A stretch of 64,000 bases of DNA. It comes from the human T2T-CHM13v2.0 reference genome, Homo sapiens. Below, in pieces: positions 28,417-41,879 of this stretch (position 1 is the stretch's first letter; each line of letters begins with the position of its first letter). The notes under the pieces were generated by a model. That model saw only the letters and a list, made by a program, of their open reading frames with translations, had not been told where the DNA came from and ran no database searches. The position numbers and the translations under genes were made by a program. The stretch lies in NCBI RefSeq assembly GCF_009914755.1, contig NC_060944.1; one strand, 5' to 3'.

Positions 28417-29176
28417 GTGGGCATGATGATTTTGAGCTGCCTCTACCTATTCCTGGTCTAGATGTATAGCCCTGCTTGTTCTTGCTGCTCTTGTTCAGTG
28501 TGGCAGAACTTGCTCGGATCACCTTATGAAGATTCGTGGCACAGAAAGCCCATTAAGACAAACAAATAACTCAAAACATTCTGTATCGAATGAGTAGCTT
28601 TGGTAGTGCAAACATTGGGATGATTTCTGATGGTTTCTTTAAAAAAAACCCCAAGTATGTTATTACTGCACACCTGAATAGAGAGATGGCTGACAGATGC
28701 CACTGCAACATGAAGCCCCCCCAGACAGACTGTGGGGCTGCGTGTTGAAAACCACTAAAATATGTATCCAGACCACATTTGGAAAAACACTCATCCGGAA
28801 AAAACAAAAAAACCAAAAAACCCTTCAATACACAGTCCTATAAAATAGTACATCCGCTTCATGAGCGGTAGTGACTTAAAAAAGGAAGCTGAGAACTGGT
28901 AAGATAATTGAGTGGTTTTGTTTTTCACAAAGCCAGATAAAAGCACAGGACGTCAGCAACCTATTTTGTATCAATCAGGAGCTTTATTCGAGTTAATGCA
29001 CCAATTAGTTATTAATGGAAACTTATTGAGGGCGTCATATTGAAGTTCACCCTTGGTAAAGAATCATTAAGACCTCAAGACCTGTTTTCATTGAGGACCA
29101 CGTTTCTGACCACATTTTTCTTTGTACCAATTAACCTCCCCCCCCCCCTTTTTTTTTCCTTTGCACTTTGTTGCAG

Positions 29177-30022
29177 GATATTTCTCCATCTGCTGGTGAG
29201 CATGGTGACTGTACTACTCACAGCACTGCTGCCACATCAGGATTATCTCTGCAATCTGACACCTGCCTGGCAGTGGTTAATGACGTGCCTCTACCCCCTG
29301 GCAAAGGTCTTGACCTTGGGTTGCTGGAGACTCAGCTGCTGGCCTCCCAGGATTCAGTCTCAACAGATCCCAAACCATACATCTTCTCAGATGCTCAAAG
29401 GCCTTCTTCCTTTGGGTCCAAAGGAACTTTTCCCCACCATGACATTGCTACCTCTGTGGCTGCCGTTTGTATTTCTCTGCCAGTGAGAACAGATCACATA
29501 GCCCAGGAAATTCACAGTGCTGAACCACGAGACCACAGCCAGACTGCAGGGAGGACTCTGACATCAAGCTCCCCAGACAGCAAAGTCACAGAAGAGGGCA
29601 GAGCACAGACCCTCTTGCCAGGGAGACCTTCATCTGGACAAAGAATTTCAGATTCGGTTCCACTGGAGTCAACTGAAAAAACTCATCTTGAAATACCAGC
29701 TTCAGGACCAAGTTCAGCTAGTTCACACCACAAGGAAGGGAGACACAAGACGTTTTTTCCTTCCAGAGGCCAGTATGGGTGTGGGGAAATGACTGTCCCC
29801 TGCCCCTCTTTAGGAAGTGACGGTAGGAAACGTCAGGTATCTGGATTAATCACTCGGAAAGATTCTGTGGTTCCTTCTAAGCCAGAGCAGCCCATAGAAA
29901 TTCCTGAAGCCCCTTCTAAATCCCTCAAGAAGAGGAGTCTGGAAGGAATGAGAAAGCAAACTCGAGTAGAGTTCAGTGACACCAGCAGCGACGATGAAGA
30001 CCGATTAGTTATAGAAATATGA
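29177..30022 (+). CDS. ZNF831: ZNF831 terminal coding exon (281 aa + stop), low-complexity Ser/Pro-rich C-terminal region
   Basis: Longest non-repeat ORF (29168..30022). Branch-like attaac at 29130, long polypyrimidine tract and ttgcag|GAT acceptor. C-terminus RKQTRVEFSDTSSDDEDRLVIEI recognised as ZNF831; exon sizes fit a recalled 1677-aa protein. Confidence 0.93.
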   Translation, partial: DISPSAGEHGDCTTHSTAATSGLSLQSDTCLAVVNDVPLPPGKGLDLGLLETQLLASQDSVSTDPKPYIFSDAQRPSSFGSKGTFPHHDIATSVAAVCISLPVRTDHIAQEIHSAEPRDHSQTAGRTLTSSSPDSKVTEEGRAQTLLPGRPSSGQRISDSVPLESTEKTHLEIPASGPSSASSHHKEGRHKTFFPSRGQYGCGEMTVPCPSLGSDGRKRQVSGLITRKDSVVPSKPEQPIEIPEAPSKSLKKRSLEGMRKQTRVEFSDTSSDDEDRLVIEI

Positions 30023-31290
30023 AGCTTCCAGAGAAACATGGTGTCTTTGGTCAAAAAGACTGTTGACGCTTCACAAGTAAATGTTGTCAGGCTGGCGGAA
30101 GAACTAAACTCTATCTGTGAAACACCTACAGATTAGGAAAGCCATTTTGAGTTATTTACAAGCCAACTCCAACCAACTTCTGACCCCCAACTCAGCCGCA
30201 GCGTTCCCCAGCTCCCCTTGGGAGTGCTCTGCTCATCTTCAAATGGTGCCAGGCAGGGCAGACATGGCAAGGAAGCAAACTCTGCAAATGGTCAACGTGC
30301 ACAGTGACTGGGCCTTGACTCCCAGCCTCGTCTTCTGCACCTGTCCCCCACTGCCTCTCTGCAATCAAATGGCACTAACCAAGAAAGCCACCATCAACAC
30401 ATTTCTCCACAAGTGGACCCCACACAGTCGAGGCAACTGGCTTTCTCCATTAGTAAACTGAGGATTTGCTTCCAAGGTGGAGAGCACACTTGGGATAATT
30501 GGAGTAGCTTGACAAAGAGACGGGGGTGTGAACTGGGCACAAAGATACTTCTGTTCATTTTGGAGACAAAATTCAGATACATTAAAAAACTGAAGCTTGT
30601 TCAGAGTAATTCACGTCCTTGGTGGAGTTGTAAATACACTTCAAAATGCCTATGATCCGGTGACATGCTGATTACTTTTAAATGTTGCACAAATGGTCAA
30701 TGCTTATTTATGGTCAGATGATGCAAGCACATGCTCTTGTGCCTGGTGCGTTTGCTGTGGAGATCTCTGAGACTGTCGGTTTTTCTAGTTCTTGCAAAGG
30801 AACGGTGTTAAAAGTTAATAGAACTGTCTCTCTGTAATGAGTCATTTTTTGAGAGGGAAAAATTCACTTATTTTCCTCTGATTCTTCTTGTCATATTGTG
30901 CTCTGAGCAATTTCAATTAGAGGGTTACATTTTAGTAATCTGTACAGCTTCAACTGATGCCTGCTCGTCGTGACGGGAGCCTTTTAGATTTCCTTCAGAA
31001 GCTTCAAGGATACAAAACTAATTGGAGTTTTGACGCTGTTTTACATCTCGGTAATTTTATTTTCGGGGCTTAGTGTTACTTTGCTGTCAAATTAAATCAG
31101 CCTCTGTATTGTGCACGTCAGAACTGCACAGAGAAAATTCCCCAGTATTCCAAGCCGGTGCGCCCCTGTGCAGAAGAAAACAGATCTACGTCAGCCAGCC
31201 CGGGGGGCAAAGCCTCAGTTCCACTGCCTTCCTCTCCCTCTCCTTCCACGGGAGAGGAGAAACTTAAAGAGGTTTACATTGCTGCATTTC

Positions 31291-31296
31291 AATAAA
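31291..31296 (+). terminator. Proximal polyadenylation signal AATAAA
   Basis: Canonical hexamer followed by U/GU-rich downstream sequence (tacttgcttttggtatgattttgt). Confidence 0.55.
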
Positions 31297-34200
31297 ATTT
31301 TATACTTGCTTTTGGTATGATTTTGTACAATTTGAAATTTGTAGCTGAGCTCTTTTGGTGTAACTTTGATGTAATGATGTTCATATGACATCTTGTACTT
31401 CAGAGACACAGCAGCAATGCAGAGCATCTCACACATGTGAATACACTTCAGTCAGTCTGTGCCTGTGACTAAGTATGGTCAAATTTCAAGTATCTTCATG
31501 TGAATTTTCCAATTTTGGTGTTTTTCATAGAAAACTTCAATGCCAGACCAGCTTCCCTGGTTACTTAGCATATATTTGTGACCATTTCATATGCACTCAT
31601 AAATATCCAAGGATTTCAGGCCCAGCCAAGAAAAACATAAGAAGGGAGGTAAAAAGGATGTTGGACATTGACTTAGTGTACTTTTTAAACCCAACAAAAG
31701 CGATGTGGTGATTATCTCCCTTTTCGAAGGATTCATGCCACTGTAATGAGAGAGGCAGTGTAGGCAAATGGTCTGAGCCTTGGATGGAGATTGAAGTCCT
31801 GACTTTAGCTGGGAAATCTTGGTTAAGAGTCTTTCTGTACCTTAGTTTCCCTAAGTGAGAATAAGAGAGTTGGACAAGACGAATGTATCTCCAGGTTCCA
31901 ATTTTTCTGAGAATGGTTGATAGAGAAGCTGCTCTCTCCTTAAAATGCATGGACTCAATGGCTTGAAGATATTCCCCATGGGGAACCATTGCCACGGAGG
32001 CCTTGCATGCAAGAAGTTTGGGTGGGGACAGTGAGGAACTGAAACACAAGCACCTTCCACCAATTATTGCTGTGAAGAACCTGAGCCTGAAGAAGCTCCA
32101 TCTAATTTTTTCCCCAGAGTTCCAGATTTTAGGGTGCAATCATCCAGCCTATACATGTGGCTCATAGTTCAAAAAATTAAAAGCAAAACCAGAACTCTCC
32201 AGTAGGAATGGAGAAAACCTATCTGTAGGCTGAACTGGCTCCTTTGTCTTAGGAGGCACTGGTCAGGGGAAAAAAGCTGTCTTCCAGACCCCTCCTTTCT
32301 GGGTGGCTACTGTGGAATCAACGGGGTCACTGGCTGTAAATCAGTAAGTCATAGCTCCAAACAGCACCAACTTCAGGATGATGGTGGAAGCTCTGTCCCT
32401 ATAGGAGCCACCGTTGCCAGCTGTCACATCCCAACCTAGGTCAAATATGGCGGAATATTGATTTCGTCTCTAACTCCCTGTATCTCTTACAAAGGTAAAG
32501 CAGGTAGCGAAGCCACCTTGCTTCCCTGGTCTTTGCCTAGTGGCTGGCAATGTTTACAAGTGTACCTTACTTTATATCAACATGAATTTGTGAAAAAGCT
32601 GTATGTCAATGGATTTTTTAAAAATTAAAAATGTATTTTGAATGACCCTAAGGGAGCTGGCTCTTTAAAAGCATCCTAAGGTAAAGATTTTTTTTAAATG
32701 AAGAATCTTTTTATAAAGCAATGAACAATCTCTGATTTTATAAATCTAAATTTTCCTATGGGTTTTCTTAAAGTGAAATACAATTATAAGAATACATTTT
32801 AAGGGTAACATTAACAACCTAGAACCCAGTTTGGGTTACTAAAAATAAAATGTCAGTATTATCAATTGATAACTACCACAGTTTTATACTCTGCAAGTGT
32901 GTACTGCATGATGGTTAAGGAAAAACAAATTTATTTTAGAACAAAGCAAACCAGAGTTTAAAGATCAGGGATTTCCTTCTTTCCCCAGTGCTAATTTTCC
33001 CAGTGTTAATTTTATTATATCTTTAGGTAAGGGTCTTAACCAACTGATGCCTCAGTTTCTTCCACAGAGAATAGTTAGAGGGATGCTGTCATGAACTAAG
33101 GGAAGGGCACTGAATTTTTTTTTGCCAATATCAAAAGTGACATTTCCCCATGATGTTCAAGACTCACCAGGTTTCTCTCTCCACCTGTACCTACACCCAG
33201 CTAGATCTTTTCGTTAAAGATGTATGGAGGGAAGAGGTTTCAATCCTTCCCTCCTTGGCAACCTACATTGTTAAGTGACTCAAAGTCATGTGATTTTTGG
33301 TGGACAACTGGAATCCTCCTTCTTGTAAAACACATTGAAAAACAGCTCATCTCTCCTGTTAGGCTTAACCCTTGAGATTTGAGACAAAGCTAATAACCCC
33401 TTTGGTTCACATCTCACAGTAACCAGGAGAACCTATGGTTCATTTGCCAAGTGATTAAAAAAAAAGATGGAGGAGGGTGTCTCTGAATTTTAATGGAAAC
33501 ACTGCCAATAGCATGGTGGGTAACCTAGGGCAAGACAGACTTTTTCTTCCTGAAATCACTCTTCTAAAGCTGAGACCGGAAGAGGAACCTTGCAGAAGTG
33601 CACTGTGACCACAGTTCTTGGCATGAAAGATAAACAATTTGCAGTCTCATGCCAAAAAGTATTTCCTTGCATTTACATTCATTACTTAGAATGATCACAT
33701 TATTCATTTTTTTCCCCAGCACAGAAATTTGCATTTTGCACAAAATTTGCCTGGTGCAGCAGATCTTTATAGTTATGGAAACTGTCATCATTATCGGAAT
33801 GTGCTGCTGCTCAACTCCCCAGACATAATTTAATATGGTGAGGAGAATATGACCTGCCTGGCTCTATGGGTGATCATATTTCTACTACTGCAGCAAGCTG
33901 GGCTTGTGTATTTTTCCTCACTTCAGTTGTTCTTCCCATAGTTCATGTAGGGAGGCACTTTGGCCTTTGAAACACTACATTTCTCAATATTTAAGCACAA
34001 TTTATTGTCCTTATTTTTCAGAACCCATTAAATATAAGGGTCAGAACCTAGAAAATCTTATGTGCTGGATTTCTACCCTGTATGATTCTTTTCATCCATG
34101 CTTTGCACTTACGTAGGAATATACATAATTTGGTCTGAAGAAGTATAGGAACAGTTGAGCACATTACTTCACCACTGGAAGAATAGGAACCAGGGAAAAA

Positions 34201-34373
34201 CATCAGCCTCTGCCACTTGGAGCACTAGAGGATGACGGAATGTCTTGTATATGCGGTCAACTGTTCAGGATTTACTACTCAATTGGTTGTTCACAATCAG
34301 GGAAATGATTGGCTTCTTGGTTGTTTGTTGAACTTTCTTTCTTTATATGGTTAAATTATTTTGTTTTGATAAA

Positions 34374-34379
34374 ATTAAA
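34374..34379 (+). terminator. Distal polyadenylation signal ATTAAA
   Basis: Variant hexamer preceded by a U-rich upstream tract and followed by gtgatttgtt. Confidence 0.5.
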
Positions 34380-34770
34380 ACTTAAAATGCAAATGTCTCA
34401 CGTGATTTGTTAACATTTTAACCAAAACCCCTGCAAATCATATGCTTTATGAATTGGACATCTGATTATTCCTAATCATTGACCCAATGCCTCGTTGGCC
34501 GTATTGGTATCCCATTCCACTCAACAAAGGGATTAGGTCATGTCAAATGATCTCACTTTCTTGTGGTGCTTCCTTTTCACACATAGCTCGTTTGTCATTA
34601 TCTGCCATATTTTATAGTCTGTAACTTAGAAATCTGGTTTTAGATTCTTAAATGTAGCGAAACTCTGAAGCCACAGGAGGGCACGAACCACAGTGCAATA
34701 ATCCAGAATCTTTTCCCCTTGGATTTGATGTTTTCTGGACATTTAGCATTATTCATTAACAGAGAAAACA

Positions 34771-35548
34771 TCCTTAAATCAAAATCATAGCTTCTTATGA
34801 AGGTGATTTATGTACTCCTTGCAAGAATAAGTAGACTTACTTTTACAGCCCAACACAATGTTATTAGTCTATTTACATACCTCTTGAAGACACTTGAAGT
34901 CAGTGGGGCACAATTCATTGGAGGGAAAAGTGGGATCGAGGATATGGAAGGAACAGGTATACTAATTGATGGCAGTTAATAGCTTTTTTCCCCAAACTCA
35001 TCAAACTGTAATCGCCGTTATTATAATTAATCTATTTGTTCCAAACTTCAGTCATTTGAGAACCATCTTAATGCTTTTTGCCATATGTATCAAGATGCCA
35101 CATGTGGGTATATTTTTTACTTAATACTTTTATTTAAATTATCTCTGTGTTAAAGAAGCAATTATTGCCCTAAGCAATAATGTCTATGAAAACTTGTTGA
35201 ATTTTCGAGTTAAGTATATTTTCAAATATGCATTAAATGTAGTAAAACTATTAAAAATTGTTCATGTGCCAGTTAAATACCATCTTCATATTACCAGTGG
35301 TCTACCCAGTGCACTTGGGGAAACATCGAGCTAACCTAAACAGTATGTTTGCTGTTAGGTTTTCTAGTTATTCTGGCTTCTATGAAGCAGAGCTCTGTCT
35401 CCATTTTTTCTCCAAGACAATAGAACTGGTGACCACAAACAGAATTGTGGGATTATTGGGTAAGTTTCTTTGGTCAAACTGTAGAGTTAAATAACTGACA
35501 TTTCAAATCAAAGGATTTTGGTCTCAAAGGAATAATCACATAATGTTT
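34771..35548 (+). repeat. Local duplication, donor copy (778 bp)
   Basis: Aligns end to end with 36811-37574. Confidence 0.97.
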
Positions 35549-36265
35549 TGTTGCATAAATATGTTTTTTGTTTGTTTGTTTGTTTTGGTGTTTTGAGTGT
35601 TGGCTGATTAGTCGGTGAGTACAGAATGATGTATAGGAATGCATAGTTAGGAATTCATGCCCAACCAGAAGCACCGACATAAGTTCTGCTGAAATAACTG
35701 CTTCCATACTTCTAAATGTGAGGGAAATGGATTTGGCTGTACTAAGAACCACAGAGAGCAACTTTTTAAGTCTCCTTAGTGTCAGCTTGTTGATCTTTGG
35801 GCTGTGTATGCAGAAAGAATTGCTCAGTGGCATCTGTGACCTTTGTTTCCAGCGGTGACAGACACAGTCTGCCTTCAGTTTCCTTCAGTTTCTGCCAGAG
35901 GCAAATTCAACAGCCTCTACCATTGAGCATCTTGGGATTAGTCCATGGCCATTTCAGCCCAGAAATAGGTGAATTATTTTTCCGTGTGAGGTATGAGTGA
36001 ATGGATATCTCATTCCTATTGGGAATGAGAGGTTTGTACCTGCAGCACCTGGGAAAGAGTGGCCCAGTTCTGTCTGTGGCCACAGAGATCTGGTTGCCTT
36101 CTGTGTGTATATTGTGTGCAATGGGGTATTAATGCAGCATGATTGAGGCTTCTTGGCTCCATCATACATGAAAGGCCAGATATCTAGCCTTGCTTTTTCT
36201 ACATGATGTGTAAACCACAAATGCGAATACTCTAGTTGGACATATTTGCCTGAAGGAACCCTCCT

Positions 36266-36267
<2 letters not shown>

Positions 36268-36310
<43 letters not shown>
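36268..36310. repeat. (CA)n microsatellite
   Basis: Seen directly. Confidence 0.97.
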
Positions 36311-36312
<2 letters not shown>

Positions 36313-36601
36313 AACATATTGAAAACTTCCTCAAAAGTCCTCCCCTTGTTAAAATAACTGGGTGGACTAGGGCCGATGAGTTAGGAAATGAGATGACTAT
36401 GTATATGGCCCAAAAGGGAGCTCCCTGGAGGCAGAGCCCATGGTGTCTTTATCTTGGTTTTCTTAGCTGCTGGAAGAGTGCCTGGCTCATAGCAGGCATT
36501 AGTGCACTTTTGCTGAGTAAACAAATGAAAATGGCTCACCGAGAGTAAATAGGGAAGAAAGAAAGAGTCTAAGATAAATAATATAGCCCAACCCCTTCCT
36601 T

Positions 36602-37670
<1,069 letters not shown>

Positions 37671-38434
37671 GCAACCCCTTTCTTTATGAAGATCCATCTC
37701 ATTATCAGAGATGAACAATGGCATTATTGATCCATTTCAGAATTTAGCAACTATTTCCCATTACTTACTCCATCTTGTTAATTCAGCCAATAGTTGTTGA
37801 GTGCTTAAGTCTGTAGTAGGCACATGAGGACACAGGAGTGAAAAAGACATACAGGATCCATGGAGCTTTTATCTGGGGGCCGGGGAGGAAGTGTCATTTC
37901 AGGAGTCAGGCAGACACGTATGTAAACTACATAATATCAGATGGTGCTAAGGGTGAAGAACGTGAAGGGAATGTTAGAAAGTGTATCTTTACCCTAATTC
38001 AAAACAATGCAAATAAAATGTTTAAAAATTGTCCTCAGTAGAGAAGAAGAAATCATTCTGTGCCTTAAGATGTGGCTCCTCCTCTGTTTCATGCCAGCAG
38101 CCTCATTTCTCCTTACATGGAGCACAGAAGCTTGAAAGATGCTTCCCATTAGTCTTGTGCTTATAGTTTTTATTATCCTCCTGGTAGCTTCAATCCATGT
38201 CAGTGTCTTCTCTACCTGAGCATCGTAACTTGGGACTACTTTTGCTAAAAGGTAATTTCCAGGCACCTCAGCATAAAGGAAATGAAGGCATCTTTGATCC
38301 CACATAGCAAAGAAACCCAGGTCGACACTATTTCAGACCTAACTTCCTTGGGAGGAAACATCAAATATTTGATGACTGATGTTGTCATTCCCAAATTCTT
38401 TTTCTCAAGAAAGATTAAGATATCATGCTTTAAG

Positions 38435-38595
38435 GCAGTGGTTCTCAGAGGGGGCAATTTTATTTCCCAGGCATCTGTATGCAGAGGGCAGGGATTCTGC
38501 TCAACGTCCTGCAGTGCGTAACACAAGGCAGTTCCCATAACAAAGATGTATCCAGTCTATAGTGCCAGTGGTGCTGAGGTTGAGAAGCTCTGGTC
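38435..38595. mobile_element. MER20-like DNA transposon
   Basis: cagtggttctcagagggggcaatttt...agtggtgctgaggttgagaagctctg. Confidence 0.65.
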
Positions 38596-40164
38596 TCAGG
38601 AGTTAGGGTGACAGTGTAGTGCTGGCCCCAGAAACAGCTCAGCCCTCATGCTGACGATGAGACTGGAGTGGAGAGAAAGACGTACCCTGGCAGGACCAGA
38701 GGCAGAGTCCAGGGCCCACAGTCCGGTATTTCTTCACAGCTGCATTAGGACATGTTTCTAGAGCCTACACACAGCAGGACATTAACTGATGAAAATTTAA
38801 ACCCCAAAATCATCCCCCTGCCCTGCTCCATTCCACCTCGAGGAGAAAGAGCCAGGAGAAAGGATGACACGTCTATGGGAATAGATGCTGTTTATTGCTT
38901 TACCATCCCCAAGCACACTTGAACACTGAGTAGACACTAAGGAAATATTTACATAGGGAAGGATAGGATTTTGCTGTGAAAGTAGATGCAACCCAAACGC
39001 TCTACAAACTTCTATAGCCAACTGGAATGAAAAAGAATGAACACCAATGCTGGGCATCAAGTTGAGAAAATCGAGAGTATCGGTTTGCTCCTTCTTCCTT
39101 TTAGGGGAAATCAAGGACCAGAGGGTTTTGCCCAAGCTTGAGTGAGAGGCAAAGTGGTGACTGACACCAGGACTTCACCCCTAAACTCCAACATTTTTGC
39201 CATGACACCACCACCTTCTGCTTCCAAAATTTTCCATTATGCTCTACTGTCTTTCCTAGAAGTGGAAAGAAGGACATTTTTGTCAAGATTTTCTGCATCA
39301 GGGTTTGAAAATTTTGATGACTTTTTGGTTAACTGAAAATTACCCAGAAAATCAAATTATCTAGACTGCTCATCCCCCAAATGTTCTAGTTAATCAAGGT
39401 TTGATTGTGTTTGTTTTGCAAAAAGAAAACTTCTCTCCTAAGACATTTAGACTCAAATAGATGTGCCCGGTGCTTATGTGGTCTCATAATTTATGCACTT
39501 GAGTTGCTGTTCCGTGGGCAATTTGGCAGGGATCACAGGCATAGACAAAGAAGATGTTAACAGCAAAAAAGACATCACCAGAAAGCCTTTGGAAGACAAA
39601 CACTTCACATCTTCAATTACAAGACAACCTGATGCAGAAAGAGACTAAATTAATTTAAAAACCTCCTGCACAAAGAAAATAATGGAAAAATACATCACAA
39701 GTAGTTATCCCTTTTGTGCTAAAAACAAGTGATTCGGAGAAAATAACTGCATGGGGCTGAATGTGTTAGTCTTATAATCTTCTAGTTTTAAATTCTTAGG
39801 GGAGAAACAGAGAATAAGAAAAAAGAAGCTTTCATTGTTGCAACAAACATTTATTGGATATTTAGTGTATTGCCAGGCACCAGGCTACACTTTCTGTGAC
39901 TTTTTCTACTCTTAAAATTTCTTTCAATCATGTGAAAGAAACTTCTAGATGTCTCATTACTGATTCCAACAGTGGCTCTAGAAAGGCCATTTTTTTCTGA
40001 GGTTTTTGCAAAAACTGTTTTGGCTCAACTTAGAAGTGCAGCTGGGAATATCACTTGGTGTTATTCCCCCTGGGAGCCTGAGTTCTCTGCGACTGGTTTA
40101 TCCTAAGGTTTGGGGGCCACCCATTTGCAAGGAGAGGGCCTTAGATTACTAGAGATTATGAATA

Positions 40165-40545
40165 TTTCAGGTTGAGTTCTCTGGGAAGTAGGCTCTGAAA
40201 TGGAGCTCGGTGTGCCAGGGGTTTATTAGGGAGTTACCATGGACAACCACATCTGTGTAGAGGAGGAGGAAATGGATACAGGCAACAGCAGCCTTGGCCA
40301 ACCCATGGGATGCTCTGCAGCTAGAATGGGCCTTTAAAGTTGGCTAGACCAGGACTTTAGACTCCTGCATTCATCAGTCACTGGATGTGGGCTGCCTGGG
40401 GCTACCTGAGAAAGTTGTGACCTTGAGGGAGGCAGCTCTTTGCAACTGAAGCAATCTCTGAAGGGACAGATTGCTGAAGGCTGCTTGCTGACAATCTTTC
40501 ACTAAAGGGGCTCTGGGTGGCATATCATAGCATTCACTACTGTGA
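40165..40545. mobile_element. LTR16-like ERVL LTR
   Basis: gggaagtaggctctgaaatggag..gtttattagggag..ttggccaacccatggg..gctctgcagc. Confidence 0.55.
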
Positions 40546-40564
40546 GGCTCCATTGAGAACTGAC

Positions 40565-40980
40565 CTGCCTTCCTTCCCTCCTTCCTTCCTTCTTTCCTTC
40601 TTTCCTTCCTTCCTTCCTTCCTTCCTTCCTTCCTTCCTTCCTTCCTTCCTTCTTTCCTTCCTTCCTTCCTTTCCTCCTTCCTTTCTTCCTCCCTCCCTCC
40701 CTCTTTTCCTTGCTTCTTTTCTTACTTTCTTTCCTCCATTCTTCCTTTCTTCCTTCCTCCCTTCATTCCTTCCCTCCTTCTTTCCTTCCTTCCATTCTCC
40801 CTCCCTCCTTTTCTTCCTTATTTTCTTCCTTTCTTTCCTCCACTCTTCCTTTCTTCCTTCCTTCCTCCCTTCATTCCTTCTCTCCTTCTTTCCTTCCTTC
40901 CCTTCTCCTTTCTTCCTTCCTTCCTTCCTTCCTCCCTCCCTTCCCTCCTTCTTTCTTCCTTCCTTCCTTCTTTCTTTTGT
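40565..40980. repeat. (TTCC)n/(CTTT)n polypyrimidine simple repeat, ~415 bp
   Basis: Seen directly; it is the source of the spurious low-complexity ORFs. Confidence 0.97.
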
Positions 40981-41879
40981 TCCATCCATGCATCCAACAT
41001 GTATTTATTTTGTGTCTGCCATCTGCCAGGCACAACCTGATGGAGAAGATGTCATTAAACAAAATATTATACATTATTTATTTACAACTTGATGCATACT
41101 AGAAAGAGACCACACCAAGTGAGATGAGAGAAGATAATTGGGGGAACCAGGAACCAACAGAATCAGGGAATGTTTAGGCTGAACTCTGAGGAATGAATTA
41201 GGATGAAAAAGAAATGGGTTTTCCAGGTGGAGGGAGCTTTGAGTTGGAGGAATTGGCAGCACAATGGGGGTGGCCCAGGGATAGTGGGGAGGGGAGAGAA
41301 GGAAGAGATGAGACAAGATCTGGGGATTGCACAGGCAGAGCTCAGGAGTTTCATCCTAAACACTGGGACCAAAAAATCTATACTGTGTCTGGAGATCTAG
41401 GAATGAGGTTCTGCTGGGACCAGAAAGCTAGAAGTTAGTTTAAAATTGAAATGCACGCTCCTACCTACAAGGTTTATATTATTCTTGAAAATGGGAGCTA
41501 ACTAAAATTAAAATAGCTTCATTCAGTGTGAGCTGCACAATATTCCACACAGACTCATTGGGTTTTTGTCTCAGTATCCCATTTTCCTGAGCTTTGTAAT
41601 TCTCAAACCTCATCTCCATGGAATAATCCAAACTGTGAAATGAAACACTTACAGGGCCAGTCAACCACAAGATTTGAGAACTGCAGTCCATTAACCCTTG
41701 GATGAAGGAGTAGATGACTTGAATCATCTTGTAATTTTTGCCTTCCTGTAGGTGAAAAGATAAAAAAAGTCTCAAGACCACATCCAGATGAGTCCAAATA
41801 CCTGCTGAAAACTGTTGGGTCTATGGAATTTACAGAGAAAGAAGTTTCTCTTCTGACTTACTTAGAAACAGAATTTTAT

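Larger units (their letters stand above)
30023..34395 (+). other. ZNF831: ZNF831 3' UTR (approximate long isoform)
   Basis: Repeat-poor sequence after the stop codon, with candidate poly(A) signals at 31291, 32844 and 34374. The end position is inferred. Confidence 0.6.

Noticed and set aside
29168-29176. TTG start of the 284-aa ORF as an independent gene start
   Set aside because: It lies in the splice acceptor; the true coding start of the exon is 29177.
31597-32139. 180-aa antisense ORF in the 3' UTR
   Set aside because: Non-ATG start, no homology recognised, and it overlaps MIR-like sequence.
40517-41102. ORFs of 130-191 aa on both strands
   Set aside because: They are translations of the (TTCC)n repeat (PSFL/GRKE runs).
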